Origin: Dictyostelium discoideum
Lineage: Eukaryota
DNA length: 64,000 nt
Assembly: GCA_000004695.1 (NCBI GenBank)
Contig: CM000151.3
Coordinates: forward strand, 3,584,001 to 3,648,000
Direction: 5' to 3'
Shown here: one piece after another, positions 29,046 to 42,440 of the stretch
How positions within the stretch are numbered: position 1 is the first letter of the stretch
Layout of the letters: the number at the start of each line of letters is the position of its first letter
Program-made: the position numbers and the translations under genes
Notes under the pieces: model-generated
Databases searched by the model: none
What the model was told of the DNA's origin: nothing
The model's input: the letters and a program-made list of their open reading frames with translations, nothing else

Positions 29046-32000
29046 TCAGTTCATTTTTTGTAATTTGTTTTGTACTTTTCTTTGGAACAAAACCGATTTT
29101 TTGTTTTTCACAACCAAGTAAACAACTGATACAATAACTACAGTGGCAAAAGCAACGGAACCAATAATAATACCAGCGAGTTGAGCACTTGTTAGTTTTG
29201 ATTTATTTGATGTACAAATTGAATTATTATCATTATTTGATACTGGTTTACTATCTACTAATACTGAAAAGTCTGGATCAATAATTATTGATTGTTTATA
29301 GTTTGGTATTGTAATACCAATGAATGATTGTGATACTGATGATGTTTGAACTGAGTTCATTTTTGAATCTAATAATTGATTTTCAATTGAAGATACTTTT
29401 GAATCGATGATTGCTCTTTTAATGAATCTACCATAAAGTGAATGGTCATCAATTTGAATTTTAAAGAAGTTTGAATTATCACCATCGCTTGTATCTCCAA
29501 ATTCTTTTAATGAACAAGTATCTTTGGAAGTTGATGATTCGAATAATGCTGACATTACAAGTTGAAGACTATTTAATTGATTTAAAAATTTATATTCTGT
29601 AATTTCAATTGTATATTTAATACTTGATGGATTCATTGTTATATTATTATTTGCGAATTGAATGATTTTTGTTTGATTGAACCATTCTAAAGTTACAGTA
29701 ATATTAGTTATTAATGGATTTGTTGATTTTGTATCACCACTTTGGATACTTGTAAAGTATTGACTTTTAATATTATTAATTGGTGTATAAATCCATTTAT
29801 CAAATGTATATAAATTAACTTGATTCGAATTAAAATCTAATTCTCTTAATGATACAATTGAAATCAATGATTTGAATAAATAATTTGTACTATTTGATGT
29901 TTGATTATTGTTATCGATAATTGGTAATTCAGTTGATGGCTGTGATGTATTTGTTGATGGTTGTGGTATAATTATAACTTGTGAATTACAATCATTACCA
30001 ATCCAAGGTGGATAACAAATACATCCACTTGGCGAACAAAAACCTTGTTTTGATCCACCACATACTGGTTCACCTAAACATGTTTGTGGTTTATTCGTTG
30101 GTATTGGTGATGATGTAGGTATTGGTGTTTGTGTTGGTGTTGGATCTATAAAATTATAAACTATTGGATTGACAGTGAATTCATTTGATGTGAGTGGTAG
30201 GTCTGAAACTTTGATAATGAATGGTTTATCAGTTGGTTTAATATTTTTAATAAACATTGCACTCCAATAAACTGTAGTTGGTACTATTATTTGATTAAAG
30301 CTTGAGTCTCCTTCATATTTTACATATACTTGTTGCGTTGAATTGAAACATCTACCTGTTATCCATAACTCGCTATCAAATGAATTAAATTTACTGCATT
30401 TTGTGATTTGTATTACTTTATTAAAAGCTATATTATTAATTGTATATATAAAAGATAAATTATTTAGTGATTCGCTTGAATATCCGCTATAATAACCGCC
30501 ATTATTAATGAATCCATAAACACTGAAAATAATATCTGAATTGTATCCAAATCCTATTGGTAAATTGATGGTACATGTATAGGTTGCAGCTGTTTCGTTT
30601 ATTGAAATAATAGATGATACACATTCAAGTGTTTGTGCTTCTATTGTTTGAATGTAAACAATTGGATATTGTTTATCTTTTAAACCACTTTCAATATCTA
30701 CTGCTTCAAAGTTGAATAATAAATATTGAGTACCATCACTATTTTGTCTTAATATTGGTATGAATGAAGTTAAAATTGGTGGTGAACTATCGATACCATC
30801 ATTTTCACCACTACATGTTTTATATACTTTATTTATTGTTGGATCTGATAAATAATTTATAAATACATTTTTAATACCATCTATTCCATTAACTACTGAA
30901 AATTCACCTGAATAACCTTGAGTATCATATAATTTAACTTGTGTGATAATATAATTTTGAGATGCGCATTTACTTGGTAAAGTTATATTAATTTGATAAT
31001 CACCATTAAATTTATCACCTCTTGTTAAATTTTGAGTTGTTAAATGGAATTTATAAGTTGAACTATCCATTTCACCTCTCACTATAATATCACCATAATC
31101 AAAACCATTAATTGGATCATCTATTGTAAATTTCCAACCAAATTCATTTGTTGAATTAACCTTTTCAATATTACTAAATATTGGTCCATATTCATCGAAA
31201 TGTTTAGAAACAACTATTAGTTGTGATGATAAAGGAAACATATCATTTGTTATTGCTCGAAAACCACACCATAAAAAGAAACTGAGTGGACCAGGTCTAG
31301 TGTTTGCAAGAACTGTAAATTTAATTTGATATTTTGAAATTGTTGAATTCCAAGTTGCAAACTTTAAACTATTGAAATCTATATTAGAATCTGTGGTATT
31401 ACTATTTAAAATAAAAAGTGAGAATGAAGCTGAAGGATTACTATGGGTTTGAGTACCATTATAATTGAAATAAATTATATTATCAACTGATTTATTTGCC
31501 ACATCAATATAATTTTTTAAAAATGTAATATTTTCTATTAAAACAGGTAATATTGTTGGAGCTTTATAATCTATAACTGAAAATGGATTAATTGAAAAAT
31601 AACTATTTAAATAATAAACTTGACTCTTTTTAAAAGTTGAATCTCCAATAGATAAAAATTGAAAACCACGCCCTTTAAAATCATAAACAATTTCATATAT
31701 ATTATTTTCAGCATCTACCAATGATTCTTGTCTATATATTCCATTTGCATCATCATCATTAATTTGAATGAAAAGATTATAACCAATCTCTTTATATGTT
31801 GGTTTTATTTTAATTCTTAATAAATGAAATTGTTCAAAAAGGTATATAACTTTACATGATTCTAATTCTAATGGTAGTAATGATGAATTTATTGCTATAT
31901 TTAAAAATATTTTTTAATGTTAGTAATTGTTTTGAGTGTGTGTGTGTTGTTCGGTAGTAGTTTAGAATATTAATGATTTTATATGTGTATATACTTACTA

Positions 32001-32717
32001 TTGTCTATTTGAATATTTAAATTTCGATTATTAAAGGTCAATAAACCAAAATTGTTTGGCGAATATGTGGGTTTTAAAAATGATGCTTTTAAAGAATAGT
32101 TTGAATTTTGACCACTTTCAAACCCAAATGGCCAACTAAAGATATATTGAAAACCTAAATTCCATCTAAAATAAAATGAAAATGTTTCATACTGGGTATT
32201 TGAATTGAATCCAAATGAAAACATTGTTGAGTTTAATGTTAAAGGTACTGATATTGGTTCAACAATGACATTTGGAAATGTAAAATTAAAATTATCTATT
32301 CATTTTTTTAAAAAAAAAAATTAAAATAATGTCAATAGAAATTAATCTTTGATATATGTATATATTAAAAAGTAATTAAATTTAATTTTAACAAACTTAC
32401 TAAAAACATTTAAATTTGGATCACTATAAATTGTTGTTAATGAGTTATTAATTTTTGCGAAAATAGAATATTGTGTATGAACTTGGCCAATGAATGTTGT
32501 ACCTTTTCCTGGTATTTCATATGATGGAGTTGGAATATTATTTGTAATATCTTCAATAAATAATGGATCATATTCAATGGTTTCATTTAATGTAATAGAG
32601 TAAACTGGTGAACAATTAATTCCAAATTCTTTAACATCAGTTTGGTTTGGGTAGATCTTAAATGTAATATCCTTTTCTTCTACATTCATTTCTTAAAATA
32701 ATAATAATTTTAATATC

Positions 32718-32748
<31 letters not shown>

Positions 32749-33105
32749 ATTATTATACTTACTTGAAAAATATAAAAAAGGAATTGTAATATTTACAGTA
32801 TATTGTTGATCTGAACTATCCAAGAATCTTATTGATATATTAAACTCTGATATTAAATTATTTTTATCAAATCCTACACCAACAAAGAATAAATTTGAAT
32901 ATCCCTCTAAGCTCATTGCAACATTTGAAGGACTTGAAACATTTAGCAAATTTAGTGGATATTTTAAACCTGCAAAGTGTATTGTTGCTGTATAAGGAAA
33001 AAGTGTAAATTTATAATTGTTACTTGTTAAAACATTGACCTTCATCAATTCTCGAGGGATATCTATAAAATTGATATTAAAGTTAATTATTTTTTTTTTT
33101 TTTTT

Positions 33106-33150
<45 letters not shown>

Positions 33151-33571
33151 GTTTTATATACAAACATTCACAAGAATAAGTTATTGAGATATTTTTATAA
33201 ATAATTTGATCATTTTGCAATGTTGCATTTATTAATAATGTATAAGTATTTGGTGTTTTATTTTTAACTATAACTGTGGCAATTCCTCCATATTCTTTCT
33301 TATTGATTAGAGAGACTGTTGCATCTGTGTCATTGGTGAAAACCATCAAATTTGTTCCACTATTCGAGTAATCAACTATTGCAATCGAAAAAACATATGA
33401 ACAAATTTTTTGATTTGTTGAATCTGGGTATCTATTATAAGCACCTTCTTCTTGATTTGTAATATCATACAATTGAAACTGTCCTTCAACCCCAATTATT
33501 AAATTATTTATTGTTGAAAAGCTATTTATTATCGCCAATGTTAGGATTATCAATAAAATTTTCTTTATCAT
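29046..33571 (-). CDS. tgr-like type-I transmembrane receptor, copy C (apparently intact). Exons 33571..~33160, ~33048..32746, ~32689..32342, ~32224..31979, ~31908..29046.
   Basis: Signal peptide MIKKILLIILTLAIINSFS. Exon ORFs 32746..33048, 32342..32689 and 31979..32224 contain WPFGFESGQNSNYSLK. The 891-aa last-exon ORF 29046..31721 extends upstream to an acceptor at ~31908. It carries EGF-like CLGEPVCGGSKQGFCSPSGCICYPPWIGNDC, TM AGIIIGSVAFATVVIVSVVYLVV and tail KNKKSVLFQRKVQNKLQKMN*. There is no intron at the position where A and B have the microsatellite intron. Confidence 0.8.
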
Positions 33572-33737
33572 TTTTTTTTTTTGTTTATTTAAACTTGCAA
33601 TAAGTTTTTTTTTTTTTATTAAAACAACAAAAAAAAAAAAAAAAAACTTGCCCTTTAGCAAACATTTTTTTTTATTTTTGCTTTTTTTTTTTTTTTTACG
33701 ATTTGCTGAGCTAATAAAAGATATTTAAAAAAAGATA

Positions 33738-33770
<33 letters not shown>

Positions 33771-34472
33771 AAATAAAAAACAAAAAAAAAATTTTGAAAT
33801 TCTAAGGGGCAAACAGAAAAAAAAAAAAAAAAAAAGACACAAAATTTCTTTTCGCTTTTATTACCAAACAAATTGGTGTCGTTTTGTTAAAAAAAAAAAA
33901 AAAAAAACAAAATATTGATGATTGTTTTTTATATATATTTTATAAGGCGGTTGTAAAAATTTTTGCATTAAAGTGTTCCTCTTTTTTTTTATTTTTTTTT
34001 TTTACTTTTATTTTTTTTATTTTCTGTGTAACTCCCCTTATTATTTTATCTTTTATTATTATTGTTATTTTTAAAAAAACAACATTCATCTAAATGATTG
34101 GTTCATTTTACTTGTTTTTTATTTTTTTTTTGGTTTTTTTTTTTCTTTTTACCAAATAATTGGTTTTTTGGTGTTGTTGATGAAATCAATTGCTTTTTCT
34201 TTCTACTAATCTTGATCCATTTTTTTGTTCTATCTCAAGCTAATTGATTATATAATTAATGGTGATTTTGTCTTTTTTTTTTTTTTTTAAAGATTAATTT
34301 AAAAAATAATAAAAAAAAAAAAATTAAAATTTTTTTTATATATACTTTTTTTTTCGAATTAAAAGTCCTGTTTTTATTTGTTTTTATCTTTTATTTTTTA
34401 TTTTTTATTTTTATTTTTTTTCCAAGATTTATAATTTAAATATTAGAATTAAATTAACTGATTAAGTAATTA

Positions 34473-37400
34473 TCAGTTAATTGTTTGTAATTTCTTTTGT
34501 ACTTTTCTTTGGAATTTTTTTGATTTTCTGTTTTTCACAACCAAGTAAACAACTGATACAATAACTACAGTGGCAAAAGCAATAGAACCAATAATAATAC
34601 CAGCGAGTTGAGCACTTGTTAGTTTTGATTTATTTGATGTACAAATTGAATTATTATCATTATTTGATACTGGTTTACTATCTACTAATACTGAAAAGTC
34701 TGGATCAATAATTATTGATTGTTTATAGTTTGGTATTGTAATACCAATGAATGATTGTGATACTGATGATGTTTGAATTGAGTTCATTTTTGAATCTAAT
34801 AATTGATTTTCAATTGAAGACACTTTTGAATCGATGATTGCTCTTTTAATGAATCTACCATAAAGTGAATGATCATCAATTTGAATTTTAAAGAAGTTTG
34901 AATTATCACCATCGCTTGTATCTCCAAATACTTTTAATGAACAAGTATCTTTGGAAGTTGATGATTCGAATAATGCTGACATTACAAGTTGAAGACTATT
35001 TAATTGTTTTAAAAATTTATATTCTGTAATTTCAATTGTATATTTAATACTTGATGGATTCATTGTTATATTATTATTTGCGAATTGAATAATTGTCGTT
35101 TGATTGAACCATTCTAAAGTTACAGTAATATTGGTTGTTAATGTATTTGTTGATTTTGTATCACCACTTTGAATACTTGTAAAGTATTGACTTTTAATAT
35201 TATTAATTGGTGTATAAATCCATTTATCAAATGTATATAAATTAACTTGATTTGAATTAAAATCTAATTCTCTTAATGATACAATTGAAATCAATGATTT
35301 GAATAAATAATTTGTACTATTTGATGTTTGATTATTGTTATCGATAATTGGTAATTCAGTTGATGGTTGTGATGTATTTGTTGATGGTTGTGGTATAATT
35401 ATAACTTGTGAATTACAATCATTACCAATCCAAGGTGGATAACAAATACATCCACTTGATGAACAAAAACCTTGTTTTGATCCACCACATACTGGTTCAC
35501 CTAAACATGTTTGTGGTTTATTCGTTGGCATTGGTGATGATGTAGGTATTGGTGTTTGTGTTGGTGTTGGATCTATAAAATTATAAACTATTGGATTGAC
35601 AGTGAATTCATTTGATGTGAGTGGTAGGTCTGAAACTTTGATAATGAATGGTTTATCGGTTGGTTTAATATTTTTAATAAAAATTGCACTCCAATAAACT
35701 GTAGTTGGTACTATTTGATTAAAGCTTGAGTCTCCTTCATATTTTACATATACTTGTTGCGTTGAATTGAAACATCTACCTGTTATCCATAACTCGCTAT
35801 CAAATGAATTAAATTTACTGCATTTTGTGATTTGTATTACTTTATTAAAAGTTATATTATTAATTGTATATATAAAAGATAAATTATTTAGTGATTCGCT
35901 TGAATATCCGCTATAATAACCGCCATTATTAATGAATCCATAAACACTGAAAATAATATCTGAATTGTATCCAAATCCTATTGGTAAATCGATAGTACAT
36001 GTATAGGTTGCAGCTGTTTCGTTTATTGAAATAATAGATGATACACATTCAAGTGTTTGTACTTCTATTGTTTCAATATAAACAACTGGATATTGTTTAT
36101 CTTTTAAACCACTTTCAATATCTACTGCTTCAAAGTTGAATGATAAGTATTGAGTACCATCACTATTTTGTTTTAATATTGGTATGAATGAAGTTAAAAT
36201 TGGTGGTGAACTATCGATACCATCATTTTCACCACTACATGTTTTATATACTTTATTTATTGTTGGATCTGATAAATAATTTATAAATACATTTTTAATA
36301 CCATCCATTTCACCAACTACATAAAATTCACCTGAAAAGCCTTGAGTATCATATAATTTAACTTGTGTGATAATATAATTTTGAGATGCACATTTACTTG
36401 GTAAAGTTATATTAATTTGATAATCACCATTAAATTTATCACCTCTTGTTAAATTTTGAGTTGTTAAATGGAATTTATAAGTTGAACTATCCATTTCACC
36501 TCTCACTATAATATCACCATAATCAAAACCATTAATTGGATCATCTATTGTAAATTTCCAACCAAATTCATTTGGTGAATTAATTTTTTCAATATTACTA
36601 AATATTGGTCCATACGCATCGAAATGTTTAGAAACAATAAATAGTTGTGATGATAAAGGAAACATATCATTTGTTATTGAAGATTGATAACCACACATTA
36701 AAAAGAAACTGAGTGGACCAGGTCTAGTGTTTGCAAGAACTGTAAATTTAATTTGATATTTTGAAATTGTTGAATTCCAAGTTGCAAACTTTAAACTATC
36801 GAAAACTATATTAGATTCTGTGGTATTACTATTTAAAATAAAAAGTGAGAATGAAGCTGAAGGATCACTATGGGCTTGAGTACCATTATAATTGAAATAA
36901 ATTATATTATCAACTGATTTATTTGCCACATCAATATAATTTTTTAAAAATGTAATATTTTCTATTAAAACAGGTAATATTGTTGGAGCTTTATAATCTA
37001 TAACTGAAAATGGATTAATTGAAAAATAACTATTTACATAATAAACTTGACTCTTTTTAAAAGTTGAATCTCCAATAGATAAAACTGAAAATCCACGCCC
37101 TTTAAAATCATAAACAATTTCATATATATTATTTTCAGCATCTACCAATGATTCTTGTCTATATATTGCATTTGCATCATCATTAATTTGAATGAAAAGA
37201 TTATAACCAATCTCTTTATATGTTGGTTTTATTTTAATTATTAATAAATGAAATTGTTCAAAAAGGTATATAACTTTACATGATTCTAATTCTAATGGTA
37301 GTAATGATGAATTTATCGCTATTTTTAAAAATATTTTTTAATGTTAGTACTTGTTTGTGTGTGGGGTGTGTGTGTGTGTTATTCAGTAGTAGTTTAGAAT

Positions 37401-38976
37401 ATTAATGATTATATATGTATATTAGAATATTAATGATTATATGTATATATACTTACTATTGTCTATTTGAATAATAAAATTTTCATTATTAAAGGTCAAT
37501 AAACCAAAATTGTTTGGCGAATACGTGGGTTTTAAAAATGATACTTTTAAAGAATAGTTTGAATTTTGACCACTTTCAAACCCAAATGGCCAACTAAAGA
37601 TATATTGAAAACCTAAATTCCATCTAAAATAAAATGGAAAAATTGCATACTGAAAACTTGAAGTGAACCCAAATGAAAACATTGTTGAGTTTAATATTAA
37701 AGGTAATGATACTGGTTCAACAATGACATTTGGAAATGTAAAATTAAAGTTTTCTATTCATTTTTTTTTAAATAATGTCAATAGAAATTAATCTTTGATA
37801 TATGTATATATTAAAAAGTAATTGAATTTAATTTTAAAAAACTTACTTGAAACATTTAAATTTGGGTTACTATAAATTGTTGTTAATGAGTTATTAATTT
37901 GTGCGAAAATAGAATATTGTGTATAAACATAACCAATGAATGTTGTACCTTTTCCTGGTATTTCATATGATGGAGTAGGCATACGACGTGAAACATCTTC
38001 AATAAATAATGGATCATATTCAATGGTTTCATTTAATGTAATAGAGTAAACTGGTGAACAATTAACTCCAAGTACTGTAACATCGGTTTGGTTTGGATAG
38101 ATCTTGAATGTAATATCCTTTTCTTCTACATTCATTTCTTATAATAATAATAATTTTAATATCTTATTTTTTTTTTTTTAAATTTAATTATTATACTTAC
38201 TTGAAAAATAAAAAAAAGGAATTGTAATATTCACAGTATATTGTTGATCTGAACTATCCAAGAAAAGTATTGATATATTAGACTCTGGTACAAAATTATA
38301 TTTATTAAAATCTACACTAACATATAATAAATTTGAATAAAAATTATTTATGTTTATCCAAGAAGGACTTGAAACATTTAGATAAGATATTTGATATTTT
38401 AAACCTGTAAAGTGTATTAATGTTGTATAAGGATTAATTGTAAATTTATAATTGTTACTTGTTAAAACATTGACCTTCATCAATTCTCGAGGGATATCTA
38501 TATAAAATTGGTATTGAAATTAATTAATTATTTATTTTTGTTTTTTTAATTTTAAATTTTATATACAAACATTCACAAGAATAAGTTATTGAGATATTCT
38601 TATAAATATTTTGACCATTTTGCAATGTTGCATTTATTAATAATGTATAAGTATTTGGTGTTTTATTTTTAACTATAACTGTGGCAATTCCTCCATATTC
38701 TTTCCTAATGATTTGATAGACCATTGCATCTGTATCATTGGTGAAAACATTCAAAGTTGCCCCACTATTCGAGTAATCAACTATTGCAATCGAAAAAACA
38801 TATGAACAAATTTTTTGATTTGTTGAATCTGGGTATCTATTATAAGCACCTTCTTCTTGATTTGTAATATCATACAATTGAAACTGTCCTTCAACCCCAA
38901 TTATTAAATTATTTATTGTTGAAAAGCTATTTATTATCACCAATGTTAGGATTATTAATAAAATTTTCTTTATCAT
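34473..38976 (-). CDS. tgr-like type-I transmembrane receptor, copy D (apparently intact, near-identical tandem duplicate of C). Exons 38976..~38530, 38483..38184, 38135..37788, 37682..37437, ~37322..34473.
   Basis: Same exon architecture and >95% nucleotide identity to copy C over most of the 5.4-kb unit. Signal peptide MIKKILLIILTLVIINSFS. 891-aa last-exon ORF 34473..37148. Tail KNRKSKKFQRKVQKKLQTIN*. Confidence 0.8.
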
Positions 38977-39205
38977 TTTTTTTTTTTAAAAAAAAAAATA
39001 AAAAAAAAAAAAAAAAAAACGTTCCCCATTTTTTTTTTTACGATTTGATAAAGATATTTATAAAAAGATATTTATAAAAAGATATTTTAAAAAAAAAATT
39101 AAAAAAAATATTTTTTGAATTTCAAGACTACCTCACAACAAAATTTCATTGTTTTTATTTTTTATTTCTTTTTTTTGATCCCAACAAACACATTATAAAT
39201 GGTAC

Positions 39206-39253
<48 letters not shown>

Positions 39254-39392
39254 TGTTTAATTTATTTAATTTCTAATACTAACATAAAATTTGTTTGGTA
39301 GAGTTGGATCTGGAATAAAATCATTTATGTTTTATTTGTTGAAGATTTTGTTTATTTAGTCCAAAATACCTTGTTTAGTTGTTATAAATCCA

Positions 39393-39623
39393 TTAGCTTG
39401 AAGACTTGGCATAATATGACTTGTGTTTGGATTTTGTTGTATTAGTTGTGAATTCATCAGATTGAAGACTTGGCATAATATGATTTGTGTTTGGATTTTG
39501 TTGTTGTATTAGTTGTTGTTGTGCTTGTATTAGTTTTTGTTGTGTTCCTAATGTTGCTAGTAGTTGTTTGCATTGACATTGTTCTTTTTTAGGTTGATTA
39601 CAACCTCTACAAATGTATACCAT
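39393..39623 (-). CDS. Small Cys/Gln-rich ORF (76 aa) containing an internal ~56-bp tandem duplication. Doubtful gene.
   Basis: MVYICRGCNQPKKEQCQCKQLLATLGTQQKLIQAQQQLIQQQNPN.... The + strand 39401-39450 and 39457-39512 are near-identical direct repeats (tgaagacttggcataatatgactt/gatttgtgtttggattttgttg...). Confidence 0.15.
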   Translation of the reverse strand: MVYICRGCNQPKKEQCQCKQLLATLGTQQKLIQAQQQLIQQQNPNTNHIMPSLQSDEFTTNTTKSKHKSYYAKSSS

Positions 39624-39774
39624 TTTTTGTTTAGTAATAATTTAGCCAAATAAAAAAATAAAAAAATATAATAAAAAAAATCAAAAAAAAAAATTTTGGT
39701 TATTGAATTTTCTATTGTGCCTTTTTTTAATAATTAATTTTGAAAAATTTTAGTAAAATATATTTTTTAAAAAA

Positions 39775-39808
<34 letters not shown>

Positions 39809-40289
39809 AAACAAAGAAAAAAAATAAAAAAATTTAAAAAAAAAAATAATATAATATAAAAAAATATAAAGCAGTTATTCATTTTTAATTAAATTACCAA
39901 ATAAAGAGTTTTAATTTAAAGGATTAAACAAAAATCAATCAATAGGTTTATTTAAATGTAAAGTAGTTATATTTATATTATCAAATAAAGAATTTTAATT
40001 TTAAAGTAATAAACAATAAACAATAAACAATAAAAAATAATAAATATGTTTATTTATTTTAATTTTAAAATGCACAATAAATTTCTTTATTTAATTTAAA
40101 TTATGGAACAATGAATTTTAATTTATAAAAAAAAAAAAAAAAAAAAAAAATCACCAATACACAGAGAATAATAAAATAAAATTATTTGTTGATATTATAA
40201 TAAAAATGATAAAAAATATTAAATTAATTTTAAATATTAATATCTTTTTTTTCATTATTATTTTCCTTTGTTATATAAAGGAATTTCCT

Positions 40290-40625
40290 TTATAAGTGAT
40301 TCGCTTGAATATCCGCTATAATAACCGCCATAGTCAATATTGGTCCATATTCATTGAAATGTTTAGAAACAATTAATAGTTGTGATGATAAAGGAAACAT
40401 ATCATTTGTTATTGAAGATTGATAAGTACTAATTAAAAAGAAACTGAGTGGATCAGGTCTAGTATTTGTAAGAACTGTAAATTTAATTTGATTTTTTGAA
40501 ACTATTGAAATATATATTAGATCATATCTGTATTACTACTATTTAAAATAAAAAGTGAGAATGTAGCTGAAGATCACTGTGGCCTGAGTATCATTATAAT
40601 TGAAATAAATTATATTATCAACTCC
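40290..40625 (-). pseudogene. Degenerate, internally deleted fragment of the tgr-like large exon.
   Basis: 40296-40330 (gtgattcgcttgaatatccgctataataaccgcc) matches D 35888-35925. 40335-40620 matches D ~36590-36915 (caatattggtccata..gaaatgtttagaaacaat..agttgtgatgataaaggaaacatatcatttgttattgaagattgataa..) with substitutions and small indels. No open frame. Confidence 0.7.
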
Positions 40626-40879
40626 TATTAAGATTTAAAAATAAAAAATTTAATATTTAAAAAAAAAAAAAAATATTTTCAAATAATTTTTTTTTTTTTT
40701 TTTTTTAAATCCATAATTTTAAAAATATTTTGACACATACACCATATCGATGAATCATTACATCAAAATACCTTAGTAAGTTTTTTTTATTTTTTTATTT
40801 TTTCAATTTGTTTAAATAATTAATTTTTATTAATTATATATATATACTCAAAATGATAAATTTTATTTAATTTTTAAAA

Positions 40880-42440
40880 ATATTTCATCACCAAATAGAC
40901 AAGAAAGATATGAAGCAGTTAAATGTGTTAGAGAAATTTTATCTGATGGTAAGTTTTTTATTTTTATTTTTTTTTTTTTTTAATTGACTTTTTTTTTTTT
41001 AAATTGACTTTTTTTTTTTAAATGACTTTTTTTTTTTTTTTTTTATTATTTATTATAAAAAAAAGATAATAATCCACAAATTGATAGAGTTATTAGTTCA
41101 GGGTTAGTACTAATTTTACATAGATATTTAGTTGATGAAACAGATACTTCAATTCAATACGAAGCATCATGGGCATTAACAAATGTTGCATCAGGATCTT
41201 CAAAACATACAAATTATATTGTAGGGAATGAAATTCATAATTCTGTATTAAGTAAGGCAATTGCAGAGTTGAGGCACCACAGATAGCCTTAGCAATAGCG
41301 CAGGTGGCTTCAAGTTTTGTTCTTAAATTGATCGATGAGTTTTTACCGGTTTCAATAGCTCTTTTAAGCAAACATTCGTCTATGACTCTTTGGACTTGAT
41401 CTGTTGGACCATTGGTAATATATAATAAAAAATAATAACCTCACGTCACCAATGCTTCTGATGGTGATGATAAGATTTTAGGAAACACTTTCAATACATT
41501 ACATTGTAACAAATACTCTATAACGTCATAGAAACCTGAAAGCATATTACCAATTGTATTGAATCCGTATTTAATACAATCTTTTTGATCTGATTCGAAA
41601 ATGATTTCAATGATAACCTCAACCAATCCCATAGATATAATATTGTCAAAGATCTCATGCTCTTCATTGGTTGATTCGGTCAAGCATGATAATGCCCACA
41701 ATGCTTCTGATATGACATCAGCTTCTTTATGCCAAGTTAAGAGCAACTCTTTATTGATGGTAATAGTGGCTTAACGAGTCTAAATTCAGTACGTGGTACA
41801 CCACGACATAGATTTTTAATGACCCAAGCTACATTTGAAACTAGTGATTTCTTTGAATGAGTTTTCAATATTTCTATCAAATGTAATACTATACCTTAAT
41901 TGAGTACACTATCTCTATTTTGGAATGAATCACCAGTGATATTACCTAATGTCCAAATGTTTTGTTCTAAAAGATCAACATCATTACTAGTTGACATTAA
42001 ATCAATTATACTCTCAACTCTGCAATTGCCTTACTTAATACAGAACGATTGTCTTGAATGTTTGAAACAGAATTATTCAGCATCTAAAGCTCGAAAAAAT
42101 TCTTTTTATTACTATTTGGAGGGCATTGCCAAAATATTAAATATTGTCAAAAAACATACCAAAGAAACAAACTGTTTAAAACTTTTCAACACTTTTATCG
42201 ATGGTCAATTCTTTGATAATTTACTCGATGATTCCAATTCTTGTGAACGAGAATTTGTTGAAGGTTACTCAACAATCAGCGATGAATTTGATGAGTTGAC
42301 TCAAGTGGTTCAACAAATTGAACCTAAAAATTCAAAGGGTGAAGATGTAAATGAAGTTAATTGTGAAAAATCTGCTGAAAAAGCTTCTGATTATGAAGAT
42401 GATATTGCTAAATTATATGAAATGAAACTTAATGAATAAA
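40880..42440 (+). pseudogene. Importin-alpha (karyopherin-alpha)-like gene, rearranged. The 5' part is on + (exon ~40880..40930, intron, exon ~41065..41270). The central ARM repeats are inverted onto the minus strand (~42015 down to ~41280), then + orientation resumes (42050..42439). The inversion is bounded by a ~35-bp inverted repeat.
   Basis: + strand reads ..SPNRQERYEAVKCVREILSDG|GTAAGT and ..NNPQIDRVISSGLVLILHRYLVDETDTSIQYEASWALTNVASGSSKHTNYIVGNEIHNSV (canonical ARM motif xQxEAAWALTNIASG). Minus strand 42015->41280 reads ..VDLLEQNIWTLGNITGDSFQNRDSVLN..IVLHLIEILKTHSKKSLVSNVAWVIKNLCRG...ISEALWALSCLTESTNEE...NTIGNMLSGF.. with stops and frame breaks. The inverted repeat 41236-41271 (aattctgtattaagtaaggcaattgcagagttgag) is the reverse complement of 42017-42049. 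ORF 41093..41371(-) is simply antisense to the + fragment. Confidence 0.6.

Noticed and set aside
33884-34093. ORFs 33884..34093(+), 46928..47116(+), 57427..57639(-), 51259..51760, 52709..53181
   Set aside because: Poly-T/poly-A tracts or AT-rich intron/intergenic sequence, with F/K/I/L-only composition.
41093-41371. ORF 41093..41371(-) as a separate gene
   Set aside because: It is the antisense strand of the + oriented importin-alpha ARM-repeat fragment; no independent coding is expected.
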